A stretch of 64,000 bases of DNA from NCBI RefSeq assembly GCF_000315625.1, contig NW_005434498.1, positions 1-64,000 on the forward strand. The letters are read 5' to 3'. The notes under the pieces are model-generated. The model did no database searches. It had not been told where the DNA came from and saw only the letters and a program-made list of their open reading frames with translations. Source of the stretch: Guillardia theta CCMP2712. Lineage: Eukaryota; Protista; Cryptophyta. Below, in pieces: positions 1 to 10,049 of this stretch. The first letter of the stretch is position 1, and every line of letters begins with the position of its first letter. The position numbers were made by a program, and so were the translations under genes.

Positions 1-1733
1 CATCTTACCCTTTCTCCCCTCCCCTGCACCTTTCGTCATGAACACTCGGTAGCATCCCCATTCTTTCTTGATCATCATTCGGAGATCTGCCTCCTTTCGT
101 TTCCCCCGATTGGAAGTAGCACGACTGTTGGTTGATATGTTTCAATCAGGTATCCTAGGATGTGTTTCAGCACAAATTGACTGCATCCATTGACATTGTG
201 AGAAATGATGTTGCCAGGGGCGTTGTCCTTCCTGTGCGTTTCCACCCATGCTGATTGCACTGACCTGTCGGTGGTAGTCGTGGATGGTTTGCTGCCTGCT
301 GGCAGGATTTGCTCCTCCGCCCCCGTTGCCCATTGAAGGTGAGACGAGTTCCCATCTTGCATCTTTGTTGGGCCTGGTAGCTCCTCCTCTCCCCTTGTCT
401 CCTTGTCGTTCTTCGAGATTGGCGCTGTGTGCATTGCTTGTGGCGGAGGAGGTGGCTGGAGTGGAGAGACGGGGCATGAAGCAGGAGGTGGGGGAGGGGA
501 GGACGTCAGGATGTCTACCTGTGCTGACCTGTCTTGTAGTTGCAGGACCGTCGCGGCTATGAGCTTCGTTGATCCTTGTCCTCCTTGCTCCTGCTCGTCT
601 TCCAATCTCTCCTGTAGCCGTGCATCTTCAGATGCCTGGGTCGCCTGTAGATCGCCTGCGCGTTCTTGGCCGTCTTCTCGCCTTTCCATCCGGTTAGGTA
701 TACGTTCCATGGTGAGCTCTGCAGCTTGCCATTCCTTGTAACCTGTATCTTGCGCGTGCTGTGGAGCTCTGCAGATGCGTTGTATTGTTTCTCGCGTGTG
801 CACATGTTCCATACCCCCCCCCCAGAGCCCATCCAGCAGCAGATGTCTTGTTCGCATGAGCCATTGCTGATGGGGGGGGACGCCTTGTTGCCTCCCTGTG
901 TTGAAGATATCTTGTTGTTGTGTTTTCCTTCGTGTCTTTGCGATCAGCAGCAGATGCAGCAAAACGAAAATTCCACAATTGTAGCCGTCTGTTTGTTGCA
1001 GCCCAGTTGACACACATGCCCTCCATGCCGTGTCGTCACAGTGTTCTTGTTGATCGCTAATTGCCTCGGTGATAATCGTCGCCATGAGTGATGCTAGGTC
1101 CATTCGCTGTGCGCCCCCCAATTGAAACTGTGCCTCCCTTTGGCTTCTGACTGTCCCCAGGTCTCTCTCAAGGGCCGTGCTAAGCGAGTCGACGATGTGT
1201 ATTCTTTTTGTGTTAACATCTGCCACGATTAGAATCCAATGATTGCCGTTCTCTACGCAAGGGAATAAGAATGGTTGAGCTGCCCCGGCTAGCAGTCGTT
1301 TTGCTCTCCGTGCCCTTCCCTCCTGATCTCTCAAACCCGCTACTATTCTCGGGAGAACAATGGTCCCTCTCTGCAGCCCAAATTGGTTTCTAGTTTGCTC
1401 GCTGGCATACCTCGTGCCTTGGGGCCATGCTATTTGAAATCTGTCTTCCGCTGGTTCTAAATTGCGGTTTACCTCAACGATTAATGCCTCCATAACGTCC
1501 TCAGAGAGAAATCCATCTTCTCCTGAGTTGAGCAGCGCCGCTGCTCCGTACTCTCTATTGTTTTCCCGTAGACTCCAGGGGATCTCCCCTATCAAGTCGA
1601 ATGTTTGTATTTTTCTGTTTTTTGGATTTTTTTTGTCATTCTTTTTCTCACCTTCTTGTCTCGTTCTGCTTGATTCCACCACGCCCTGGTGCCCACTGTC
1701 CCACCTGCCCTCTCCTCCTCCTCCTGCTTCCAT
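1..1733 (-). pseudogene. ORF2 N-terminus of family A: Ulp1/C48-like cysteine protease plus start of APE endonuclease, frameshifted
   Basis: Protease motifs FLFPCVENGNHWILI...VDSL and QQTDGYNCGIF. APE start ISHNVNG...VVLL, then a frameshift near 110 that removes the QE motif. Another frame resumes LRMMIKKEWGCYRVF, matching D-ORF2 LRKMIKENWACYRIF. Confidence 0.88.
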
Positions 1734-3850
1734 TAGGCGTCAAGCGGCGCGGTTGGGGAGGAGTCAAGCGACATCTCTTCCACTTCTACCGCTCTGCTCC
1801 CTGCTTCGGGTGCATCTTCCACTCGCGCGTCTTCCATCTGTATCTCACTGCTCAAAACAAGTTTCAATTCGTTTCTGTCTCCCAGCATTCCTACGAGGGA
1901 GAGCGCCGTTTCCTCCAGGAATTTATTCAAAGCAATGAAGAGAAGGTCAGTTTTCAAGGGCTTCTCCTCATTTGGTGCGAAAGCGCTGCTCTTGCGTTTC
2001 GCTACCTTCCACGTATGCTTGCCTGCAATCACCCTGACTCGTTCACGCAGTCGCTTGCTCACGGCATTCTCTGCCGCGTTGGCCCCCTTATCAGCCCACT
2101 CTTGTAGCGTGGGGAAGGATGCATTTCCTGGGCTCTCCGGAGCCATCTCTTGCACCGCGTCATCAAGATGGAGTTGAAGCTGTCCTTGCTGTTGCAGCTC
2201 GCTCCTAGTTACGTCAGCAATAGTTTCCTTAAGTTCTTCGACGACCACGTCCGTTCCCGCATCTGGGAGGTTTATTTCATTGATAATGGAACTGAGCTCG
2301 ATCTCTTTCCACACAGTTCCTTCTGCTCTGGTCCCCGTCGTTTGTGACCTGGCCTCAGGGTTAGACTGATCGCGAGTTGCCTGAGGCGACACTTGGAGGT
2401 TCAGACTGCTCGCTGTCGTTTGGATTTCAACTGTGCCTTGTCAGCAGAGGAGCTGTGTGGGGAATTCAGCCATCATCTTTCTTGCACTACTTTCACTGCG
2501 TAGCCGGAGAATGATACCAGACCCATCCCAGATCCCTGTTTCTGGATCGCATTGGAGGTGGATCCGTTGGAGGTCTCTTTCCACCTGTGGATCAAAGCAA
2601 GCGACAGCTCTCCGAATGTTTCGGATGACTTTTGCTCTGCCCGTTTCGTCACTTGCACAGATTTTTTCGATCTCATTTCGGGAGAACTTCCCTGACGGCA
2701 CAGGAGAGGAGATTTGTACCGAGTACAGCATCTCTGCTCCCGTTGCCATTGCCGTGCCCTCTTGCCGCACCGCATTCTTCATATTCTTGTGCAGCGCCGT
2801 TGCTTCCATCTGCACTGAGAACCATTTCAGTATTTTGTCATTCTCTGAGACCAGTCCCAAAGTGACTCCTGCACGATCCTTTCCATGTCGATCGAATGCT
2901 TGAAGAACGATGTCCGCTGCTTCAAGGCTCGAGCACGTTGCGATCCAGTCGACCTCTCTGTTCTGGTTGACTGTTTCTATTCCTACCGCAGCGAACACCT
3001 TCTTTGGCGGTAGGTTCCTCTTGGGGGGGAGGTTCACTGTCATTCCCGCATTTGGGATCAGATCAATGATCGCTAATCCCTGCTTCAGGCATAGCTGCCT
3101 GTAGATCTCACATATGTCACCTGTGCTCGAATCGTTGAGCATCAGGAGTTGGGCCACCTCAGCTAGGATTCCAACTCTGCCCATGTTCTCCTTCTTTGGC
3201 CGCATCTTGAACGAGATCGGTGGGTTGGCTGCTGGGTTCACTGCTAGGATCCTCCTGCCTGCCACCTTGAAGGTACCTTCTCCTTTCCAGAGTTTCTCAG
3301 CCGCCTCATTGCGGACAAAGGTGATCACTGCTGGGATCTCCGCTGCCTGCACAAGGTCAGGCTTCAAGGGAGCCTTGAAGATCAGGCTCCTGCTGTCTTG
3401 CGTCTGATCGACGATCAAGCCTTGCTCTTCAAGCTTGAGGCATAAGTTTTCCACCTGTCTGGAAAAGTATGCAGGGATCCCAAGTACCTTCATGGTAATC
3501 GTCTGCATCTGCCTTTGTCTGTCAGCTTGGACCTCTGACAGGTACCACTGCTTGACATCGTCACCCCACTGCCTGAGCCCTTTCGGATTCTCCAGTGACG
3601 AGGGTTCAGCGAAGCTGCATGTCTGACTGATGGCTTCGGCTAAGGCTTCCAAGGAAATTTCTTTTGCTTTCAGAGCTTTGCTCGTCCTGCTTTTGGGGTT
3701 CTGCCTTGCGAATTCATCCAGTCTCCGCATCAGTTCGGCTGATGACGGCATCGTTGCAGCTTCCGTCTGCCTCTTGAGGTAGCTGGAGGTACGGTACTGC
3801 ACGATCTCGTCAGGATTCACAATAGATATTGGCCACATGTTTCGAAGCAT
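1733..3850 (-). pseudogene. ORF1 of family A, interrupted by one in-frame TGA (2441-2443)
   Basis: ORFs 2441-3850 and 1733-2392 are in the same frame and align end to end with D-ORF1 (NPKSRTSKAL, FKAPLK, AEKLWKG, SPGNASFPTLQEWA, LLFIALNK). Its stop overlaps the ORF2 start as TAATG. Confidence 0.88.
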
Positions 3851-3925
3851 TCTCGATGGTTTCCCGAGCTTCCTGCGTTCCTGGCGACTCTTGCTCTACC
3901 ACGCAGGGACCCCGCTGATCTGCAT

Positions 3926-4003
3926 GCCTCAGATAAAGGGATCCTGCCTCAGATAAAGGGATCCTGCCTCAGATAAAGGGATCCTCTCAGATAAAGGGAT
4001 CCT
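3926..4003 (-). repeat. 5'-terminal tandem repeat of family A: 3 x 20 bp (GCCTCAGATAAAGGGATCCT on +) plus one 18-bp copy
   Basis: Read directly from the sequence. Confidence 0.95.
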
Positions 4004-4020
4004 CCTAAACCCTAAACCCT
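4004..4020 (-). repeat. Short telomeric tract (CCCTAAA)~2.5
   Basis: cctaaaccctaaaccct. Confidence 0.9.
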
Positions 4021-4197
4021 TCAAGCTCTCCCCACCTCCGCGCTTCCGCCGTCGGACTTTTCTGATTCAGACAATTGATCCTTGTCGCCGATCCTCATGT
4101 GACAGCGAAGGACAAGATGGAACTATGTTGTCAAGCGCAGATGGGAGCGATGTTGTATCCGTGAGGATCCGGACGTCTCGGATACTCGTACGGGTAC

Positions 4198-6354
4198 TTA
4201 GTATCCGCCCTGACATCTAAATACGGCCTCCCTTTGACGCGCATGCGCTACCGTGCGCAGTGCGTGTGTGCAGTTTACCTTAAGTAAACGTAGTCTACCT
4301 TTGTTCTCTTGGTCCTTCTTGTCCACCTTCAGCGAGCAGGCCAGCACATGCATCTCTGCGAATTTACTCAGTGCTATGAACAGGAAGCTAAGAGATCGAC
4401 GCTCTATGTCGTCGCTCTCCGCCTCCTGCTCAAGCTCAGCAGCTGCCGTTGCCCGTGGCGAGAACGCGCTGCCCCTCCTTGCCTTCTTGCTCTCTCCTTG
4501 CACGCGAGTCCAGCGCTTGCTCTGCAGCCACTTCCCCAGCTTCTCCTTGAGAACGTTGCGCCCAACTCCCTGCTCCTCTGGCATCTTCGCCCACTCTCCC
4601 AGCGACATGAACTCCAGGCTCCCCGGAGAGTAGAACGTGTCGTGGAGGTTGCCAACGGCCTTGTCCAGGACCAGCTTGATCGGCTCGCTCGTCCCTGCCT
4701 CGTTCAAAGAAGCTGCATCTTCGATGACTGCTGACAGCTCGCTGACGAGCTGCATGTCCTCTTGGCTTGACGGAGATGCTGCCTCCATTGTGATCCTCTC
4801 CAGGTCTGTAAACTCCAGCCACTCTCCCTCGCTCTCCTCCTGTCGCTGCGCTGCGTCGCTGGTGCCCCGCTGACCAGCCGCCTCAGAGTCAGGCTCCTTG
4901 TCGAAGCCGACTGCTTCGAGCTTGGTTGCTGCGCCTTCGAGATAGAAGGGCAGCTCCTTCATCATGCGTCGAGCATCCTCCGTGGAGCCGAGGAGGATGC
5001 ATAGCTTGGACCCGTTCCAGGACTTGGTGTTCAAATCCTCCTCCATGTCGATGCCTTCAACGTTGATCTCGAGCCTGTTAGCGATCTCCAACAAGACTCT
5101 CTTGACTCTTGCGATGGACGTGTTGCCGCCGTTGCACAGCCCCTCCATCTCCTTCCTCGTGAAGCGACCAGATGCCGCCGTCGACTTGATGATGATCTTG
5201 ATCTCCTTGCCGTCCTTGCCGCCTGCCTTCTTCTGCATCCTTGATGCCTTCTTCAACTTATTTCTGGACACAAAGCGATCAGCTGTCAACTCGACTGCGA
5301 GCGCCTCTCTGATCTTCGGGTCCTCGCTGAACAGAGTCAGGTGTACTCCCTCCATCGCTTCGCTCTCTCGGAAAGCTCGAAATGCTGTATCATTCGCCTC
5401 TGGGCAGCTCGAGGAGACGATCCACTCCACCTCCCTCTGTCTCCAGATGACGTTGGCCCCTACAGCGATGAAGCCTTTCTGACCTAAGCCTTTGTGGACT
5501 TGCTGTCCTGGCGCCCCAGCGACCAGCATGCCTGCCAGCGGCTGGAGTTGGACCGCTGCAAGGGACTGGCGCAGCAGCTGATAGCGATAGACGGCAGCTA
5601 TCTCAGCCGTTGTCATGCCGCCCAAGGTTAGCAGGTGAGTCAGCTCTGCCAAGCTGCCCCCTTTGCCCCAGGGTCCTCTCTTGGCTCGAATCTTGAAAGA
5701 TCGATCGTGCACGATGCTCACATGTACAGCTGTGAACTTGCGACCATCGATCGCGAAGTCCTCTCTTCCCTGCCAGAGCTTCTCCGCTTGTGCATTGCGG
5801 AGGAAGGAAACAGTCACCGGGATCTCCTCAGCACTCGCTATCTCGGGTCTATACGGGGCCTTCCACATGATTGCTTTACTCTCTTGCACTGAGTCTACGA
5901 TCAGTCCGATCTCTTCAAATTTCTTCTTCAGCTTTTCTTCATGGTTGACATACACCGAGGAGATGCCCAGGAGAGTCATGGAGATGAAGGAAGTCACCTC
6001 GTTGCCTGCTGAGGCGGTGTATGTCTCGACCTTCTCCTTCTTGGCTTCTTCAATCTGCTGCATAAACCACTCTCTGGATGCGTCACTCCATCCAGTCATC
6101 GCTTCTTGCAGAAACTCACGTCGTGCCTGCTGACATGTCGAGCGGATGGCTTCTGCGATAGCGTCGGGGGTGCATCCCTCCACAGCCTTGCAAGCCTGGG
6201 CTGTCCTGCTGTTCGGATAACGCTTCGCGAAGCTCTTCACCCTCTCGACGAGATCAGCTTCGAGGACAGAGGCATCCACAAGTCCGCTCTGCGTGTATTG
6301 GCATGATCTCCGATACAGCAGGTTGCGAACATTTTCATCATACTGAAGAACCAT
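4198..6354 (-). CDS. Retrotransposon ORF1 protein, family B (~718 aa from first ATG)
   Basis: Open frame with blocks shared with A and D ORF1: YPNSRTAQA, WKAP, EIPVTVSFLRN, AEKLWQG, SFKIR, QREVEWI, GRFTRKE, SPGSLEFMSLGEWA, FLFIALSK. Confidence 0.85.
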   Translation of the reverse strand: MVLQYDENVRNLLYRRSCQYTQSGLVDASVLEADLVERVKSFAKRYPNSRTAQACKAVEGCTPDAIAEAIRSTCQQARREFLQEAMTGWSDASREWFMQQIEEAKKEKVETYTASAGNEVTSFISMTLLGISSVYVNHEEKLKKKFEEIGLIVDSVQESKAIMWKAPYRPEIASAEEIPVTVSFLRNAQAEKLWQGREDFAIDGRKFTAVHVSIVHDRSFKIRAKRGPWGKGGSLAELTHLLTLGGMTTAEIAAVYRYQLLRQSLAAVQLQPLAGMLVAGAPGQQVHKGLGQKGFIAVGANVIWRQREVEWIVSSSCPEANDTAFRAFRESEAMEGVHLTLFSEDPKIREALAVELTADRFVSRNKLKKASRMQKKAGGKDGKEIKIIIKSTAASGRFTRKEMEGLCNGGNTSIARVKRVLLEIANRLEINVEGIDMEEDLNTKSWNGSKLCILLGSTEDARRMMKELPFYLEGAATKLEAVGFDKEPDSEAAGQRGTSDAAQRQEESEGEWLEFTDLERITMEAASPSSQEDMQLVSELSAVIEDAASLNEAGTSEPIKLVLDKAVGNLHDTFYSPGSLEFMSLGEWAKMPEEQGVGRNVLKEKLGKWLQSKRWTRVQGESKKARRGSAFSPRATAAAELEQEAESDDIERRSLSFLFIALSKFAEMHVLACSLKVDKKDQENKGRLRLLKVNCTHALRTVAHARQREAVFRCQGGY

Positions 6355-6444
6355 ACTTAGAAAGCTATTTGAAGTATACAAACCTCTTGCTTGCAGCTTC
6401 CTTGGCGCCCTGGCGGCTTCCCCTACACCTGACGAGGAGCCATG

Positions 6445-6505
6445 CTGCCGAAAATAACGGCGCCTGCCGAAAATAACGGCGCCTGCCGAAAATAACGGCG
6501 CCTGC
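6445..6505 (-). repeat. 5'-terminal tandem repeat of family B: 3.2 x 19 bp (CTGCCGAAAATAACGGCGC on +)
   Basis: Read directly from the sequence. Confidence 0.95.
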
Positions 6506-6591
6506 CCCTAAACCCTAAACCCTAAACCCTAAACCCTAAACCCTAACCCTAAACCCTAAACCCTAAACCCTAAACCCTAACCCTAACCCTA
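6506..6591 (-). repeat. Telomeric tract (CCCTAAA)n with some CCCTAA variants
   Basis: Read directly from the sequence. Confidence 0.95.
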
Positions 6592-7011
6592 TATTATATA
6601 TATTGAGTTTATTAGACTCTTAGTCAAGAGTTTCATAGCNNNNNNNNNNNNNNNNNNNNNNNNNNNNNNNNNNNNNNNNNNNNNNNNNNNNNNNNNNNNN
6701 NNNNNNNNNNNNNNNNNNNNNNNNNNNNNNNNNNNNNNNNNNNNNNNNNNNNNNNNNNNNNNGCGCTGCCTGAAATAACCGGGGCTGCCTGAATAACCGG
6801 CGCTGCCTGAAATAACCGGCGCTGCCTGAAATAACCGGCGCTGCCTGAAATAACCGGCGCTGCCTGAAATAACCGGCGCTGCCTGAAATAACCGGCGCTG
6901 CCTGAAATAACCGGCGCTGCCTGAAATAACCGGCGCTGCCTGAAATAACCGGCGCTGCCTGAAATAACCGGCGCTGCCTGAAATAACCGGCGCTGCCTGA
7001 AATAACCGGCG
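6592..7011 (-). mobile_element. Ends of a further element spanning an assembly gap (3' end 6592-6639; N gap 6640-6762; 5' repeats 6763-7011)
   Basis: 6603-6639 is identical to the 3' terminus at 7165-7201. The other side of the gap is a 19-bp tandem array joined to telomeric repeats. Confidence 0.75.
6763..7011 (-). repeat. 5'-type tandem array, >=13 x 19 bp (GCGCTGCCTGAAATAACCG on +)
   Basis: Read directly from the sequence; the left end is hidden by the gap. Confidence 0.95.
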
Positions 7012-7148
7012 CCTAAACCCTAAACCCTAAACCCTAAACCCTAAACCCTAAACCCTAAACCCTAAACCCTAAACCCTAAACCCTAAACCCTAAACCCTAA
7101 ACCCTAAACCCTAAACCCTAAACCCTAAACCCTAAACCCTAAACCCTA
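7012..7148 (-). repeat. Telomeric tract (CCCTAAA)~19
   Basis: Perfect heptamer array. Confidence 0.97.
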
Positions 7149-8330
7149 TTATTATTATTATTATTTGAGTTTATTAGACTCTTAGTCAAGAGTTTCATAG
7201 CTAAGAACTATTGCTCTTCGCTCATCTCTCGCCTAATGATCCGTCTAAAGGGGTTCCCAACCTTGGGAGGTTGGCCCATTTTCCTATAGGCCCCTTAGGC
7301 CTGGTTGCTTCCGTATTACTTGTTTTCAGTAACGATGTCCTCCGGGCCCGTTCCAATTCCGATCCCGGTCCCCTTCCTTATTTTCGCTAAGTTCCATTGC
7401 ATCTTCCTGCCCCTTCCCCCCCCAGCATGCAGTCGCCCACTGTGGCATGGCTGTATCTTCTCCTGCTGGCTAGCCCTTCTCTTCTTCCCTTCATGCAGCC
7501 CATGACCATGCGCCATGGGTGGCTTGTCCATGAGCCGCGCCTGCCCCCATCGGACTACATCGACTCTCTTACCCTTCTTGCCGTCCATAGCGTATGTTGT
7601 ACCGCCAGCAGTTGCTTGATTGCTGCTGTCTTGATGCCTTCCCATTCCGTGTCATCCACCCTTAGCCTCCTGAAATTCTCATGCCATTCCCTCTCCATGA
7701 TCGATCCTTTCACTCCAGCTATGAATGTTGCTTGTTCCACTTCATGGTCAGGTAGCAAAGCTGTGATTTCTGCTCGTAGGGGGGCATATTTCTCTTCCTT
7801 TTCCTGAAATTTCTTCTTCAGGCATTCCAGACTTGTTTGTTCGACTCCGTCATATTCCGATGTCCTTGCAAATTCGATGAGGACAATGCGTTTGATGCTT
7901 GCAAAGTAGCAGCAACCGTCTGGTATCCATTGCCCTTCTCGGTGCATTGAAGTCCCCATCGCTTCCATCACGATGCGTATTGGAGTGTCCCACCATGAAT
8001 TGACCTGTACCCTTTGTTTCCTCCAGCTCTGCTGCAGTCTTACCTTGATCTTCTTCATGACTTCGTTGTGTGCTTTTTGGATCATATCTTGGAATTGCCT
8101 ACACGCAAGCTGAACATGTCCCCAGGTTTCTTCTCGGTCTGGACAGTGAGGACAACATGGTGAGTTAGTCTTCCCCCATTGAAAGAGCTTCTTCCTCGTC
8201 GGTGCTGAGAAGGTAAACCTAAACCCTAAACTGTGCCTCCCTTTGGCTAAGCATAATCTGAACGCTCTCCCTAGTAAATCTCTTCCCACATGCATTTCGA
8301 GCATGAATTTCTCTGTCAAGGTGAGGTCTC
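7147..8330 (-). mobile_element. Family C element, 5'-truncated 3' fragment: ORF2 C-terminus (CCHC + restriction-like endonuclease, 7555-8319), 3'UTR and (TAA)n tail
   Basis: Motifs CPHCPDREETWGHVQLAC, AHNEV, IPDG...VLIEFARTSE, KEEKY and ATFIAGVKGSI align with the D-ORF2 C-terminus. The (TAA)n tail runs into TAGGGTTTAGGG. Confidence 0.92.
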
Positions 8331-8594
8331 AAGCCTGACTGTGAGTCCGACTCATGATCACTGGCAGCGGCCTCCGACTGAGCGGAGTGACCGGGTCGGA
8401 CGGTCCCGGCCCTGCAGTGCCCGGCCCCGGCGCTCCCGGTCACAGCTGAGCGCTTCTTTATAGGCTCCCGGCCCCTCCGACCGTCGCACTCCCTCCGATT
8501 CCCGGGCCTCCGGGCCACGACTCTCAAGGTACCGTACGGTCTGACTTTCGCCTCCCACTTGTATGGCCGCTGAGTCCCGGCGGGCACCGCCAAC

Positions 8595-8955
8595 CACCTG
8601 CTTGCCGTTGGCAGACAGGTTCCCCAGCACATAGCAGGCATACTTCTGTACGTCCTCGCTCCCCGGATGCTTCTCCATAGCCGCCAAGATCGCCTCGATG
8701 CCCCCTGCCTTCCTGATCTTCTCTTTGTTCGCGTCGTTTTTTCCCGCCAGGTTCCCAAGCGCCAAGCAGGCATACTCCTGCACCTCCTTGATGTCAAGAT
8801 GCTTCTCCATAGCTTCTCTTTGTTCGCGTTGTTGTCCGCCAGGTGCCCCAGCGCCACCCTGCCTTCCTGATCTTCTCACAGTTTGCATTGCTGTTTTCTG
8901 CCAGGTTCGCCAGCGCCAAGCAGGCATAATGCTGTACCGTGTCCTCGCTCATGCT
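8595..8955 (-). pseudogene. Armadillo-repeat gene fragment, frameshifted
   Basis: Repeated units VQ(H/E/K)YAC(L/Y)(A/V)L(A/G)NL(A/S)..N.ANxEKIRKAGGIEAILAAMEKH are spread over several frames. Confidence 0.75.
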
Positions 8956-9120
8956 CTTGGAGACATCAGAGGAGGAGCTGCTAGCTGGCAAGCCGATCTC
9001 CCTGGAGCTAGACAAGAGTGTTGGCAAGCTGCATGACACCTTCTGCTCGCCGGGCAACGTGGAGTTCATGACGCTCGGAGCTTGGGCAGCCACGCCGACG
9101 CTGGGAACGAAGCGGCTTGG
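8950..9120 (+). pseudogene. Short fragment of another ORF1 paralogue
   Basis: PISLELDKSVGKLHDTFCSPGNVEFMTLGAWA compared with B-ORF1 PIKLVLDKAVGNLHDTFYSPGSLEFMSLGEWA. Confidence 0.75.
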
Positions 9121-9212
9121 TGAATTCGTTGCCAGTGTAGTTCCATCTCTTGAACACAATGATCCCACAGCAGGGGCCACGGAGGCCGCAGTACCTTTGA
9201 CCTCCACCACCC

Positions 9213-10005
9213 ATCAGAGAGGCGCTCGCAGTCGAGTTGACAGCTGATCGCTTTGTGTCCAGAAATAAGTTGAAGAAGGCATCAAGACTGCAGAAGAAGG
9301 CAGGCGGCAAGGACGGCAAGGAGATCAAGATCATCATCAAGTCGACGGCGGCATCTGGTCGCTTCACGAGGAAGGAGATGGAGGGGCTGTGCAACGGCGG
9401 CAACACTTCCATCGCAAGAGTCAAGAGAGTCTTGTTGGAGATCGCTAACAGGCTCGAGATCAAAGTTGAAGGCATCGACATGGAGGAGGATTTGAACGCT
9501 GGAGTTTACAGACCTGGAGAGGATCACAATGGAGGCAGCATCTCCGTCAAGCCAAGAGGACATGCAGCTCGTCAGCGAGCTGTCAGCAGTCATCGAAGAT
9601 GCAGCTTCTTTGAACGAGGCAGGGACGAGCGAGCCGATCAAGCTGGTCCTGGACAAGGCCGTTGGCAACCTCCACGACACCTTCTACTCTCCGGGGAGCC
9701 TGGAGTTCATGTCGCTGGGAGAGTGGGCGAAGATGCCAGAGGAGCAGGGAGTTGGGCGCAACGTTCTCAAGGAGAAGCTGGGGAAGTGGCTGCAGAGCAA
9801 GCGCTGGACTCGCGTGCAAGGAGAGAGCAAGAAGGCAAGGAGGGGCAGCGCGTTCTCGCCACGGGCAACGGCAGCTGCTGAGCCGCCGAGCAGGCTCGGA
9901 GGCGGAGAGCGACGACATAGAGCGTCGATCTCTTAGCTTCCTGTTCATAGCACTGAGTAAATTCGCAGAGATGCACTGTGCTGGCCTGCTCGCTGAAGGT
10001 GGACA
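9213..10005 (+). pseudogene. Near-identical inverted copy of B-ORF1 3' half (reverse complement of ~4320-5313, with a ~210-bp internal deletion)
   Basis: Nucleotide-level match read by eye. It ends abruptly at ...GAAGGTGGACA, where telomeric repeats begin. Confidence 0.92.
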
Positions 10006-10049
10006 GGGTTTAGGGTTTAGGGTGTAGGGTGTAGGGTTTAGGGTTTAGG
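10005..10049 (+). repeat. Telomeric tract (TTTAGGG)~6 with two TGTAGGG variants, opposite orientation to the tracts at 4-7 kb
   Basis: Read directly from the sequence. Confidence 0.95.

Larger units (their letters stand above)
1..4003 (-). mobile_element. Telomere-inserted non-LTR retrotransposon, family A (5' part; runs off window start; defective)
   Basis: The 5' tandem repeats abut a telomeric stub at 4004-4020. ORF1 and ORF2 are collinear homologues of those of the intact element at 10050-20380. Confidence 0.9.
4198..6505 (-). mobile_element. Family B element: 5' repeats plus ORF1 only (3'-truncated or non-autonomous)
   Basis: The 5' repeats join a telomeric tract. ORF1 is homologous to A and D. 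No ORF2 or (TAA)n tail precedes the next telomeric stub. Confidence 0.85.

Noticed and set aside
6763-7011. Short regular repeats (also 3926-4003, 6445-6505, 10050-10129) as CRISPR arrays
   Set aside because: The units are head-to-tail with no unique spacers, no cas genes are present, and the context is eukaryotic.
7012-7148. Telomeric tract as the actual chromosome end
   Set aside because: It is flanked on both sides by element sequence, so it is interstitial within the array.
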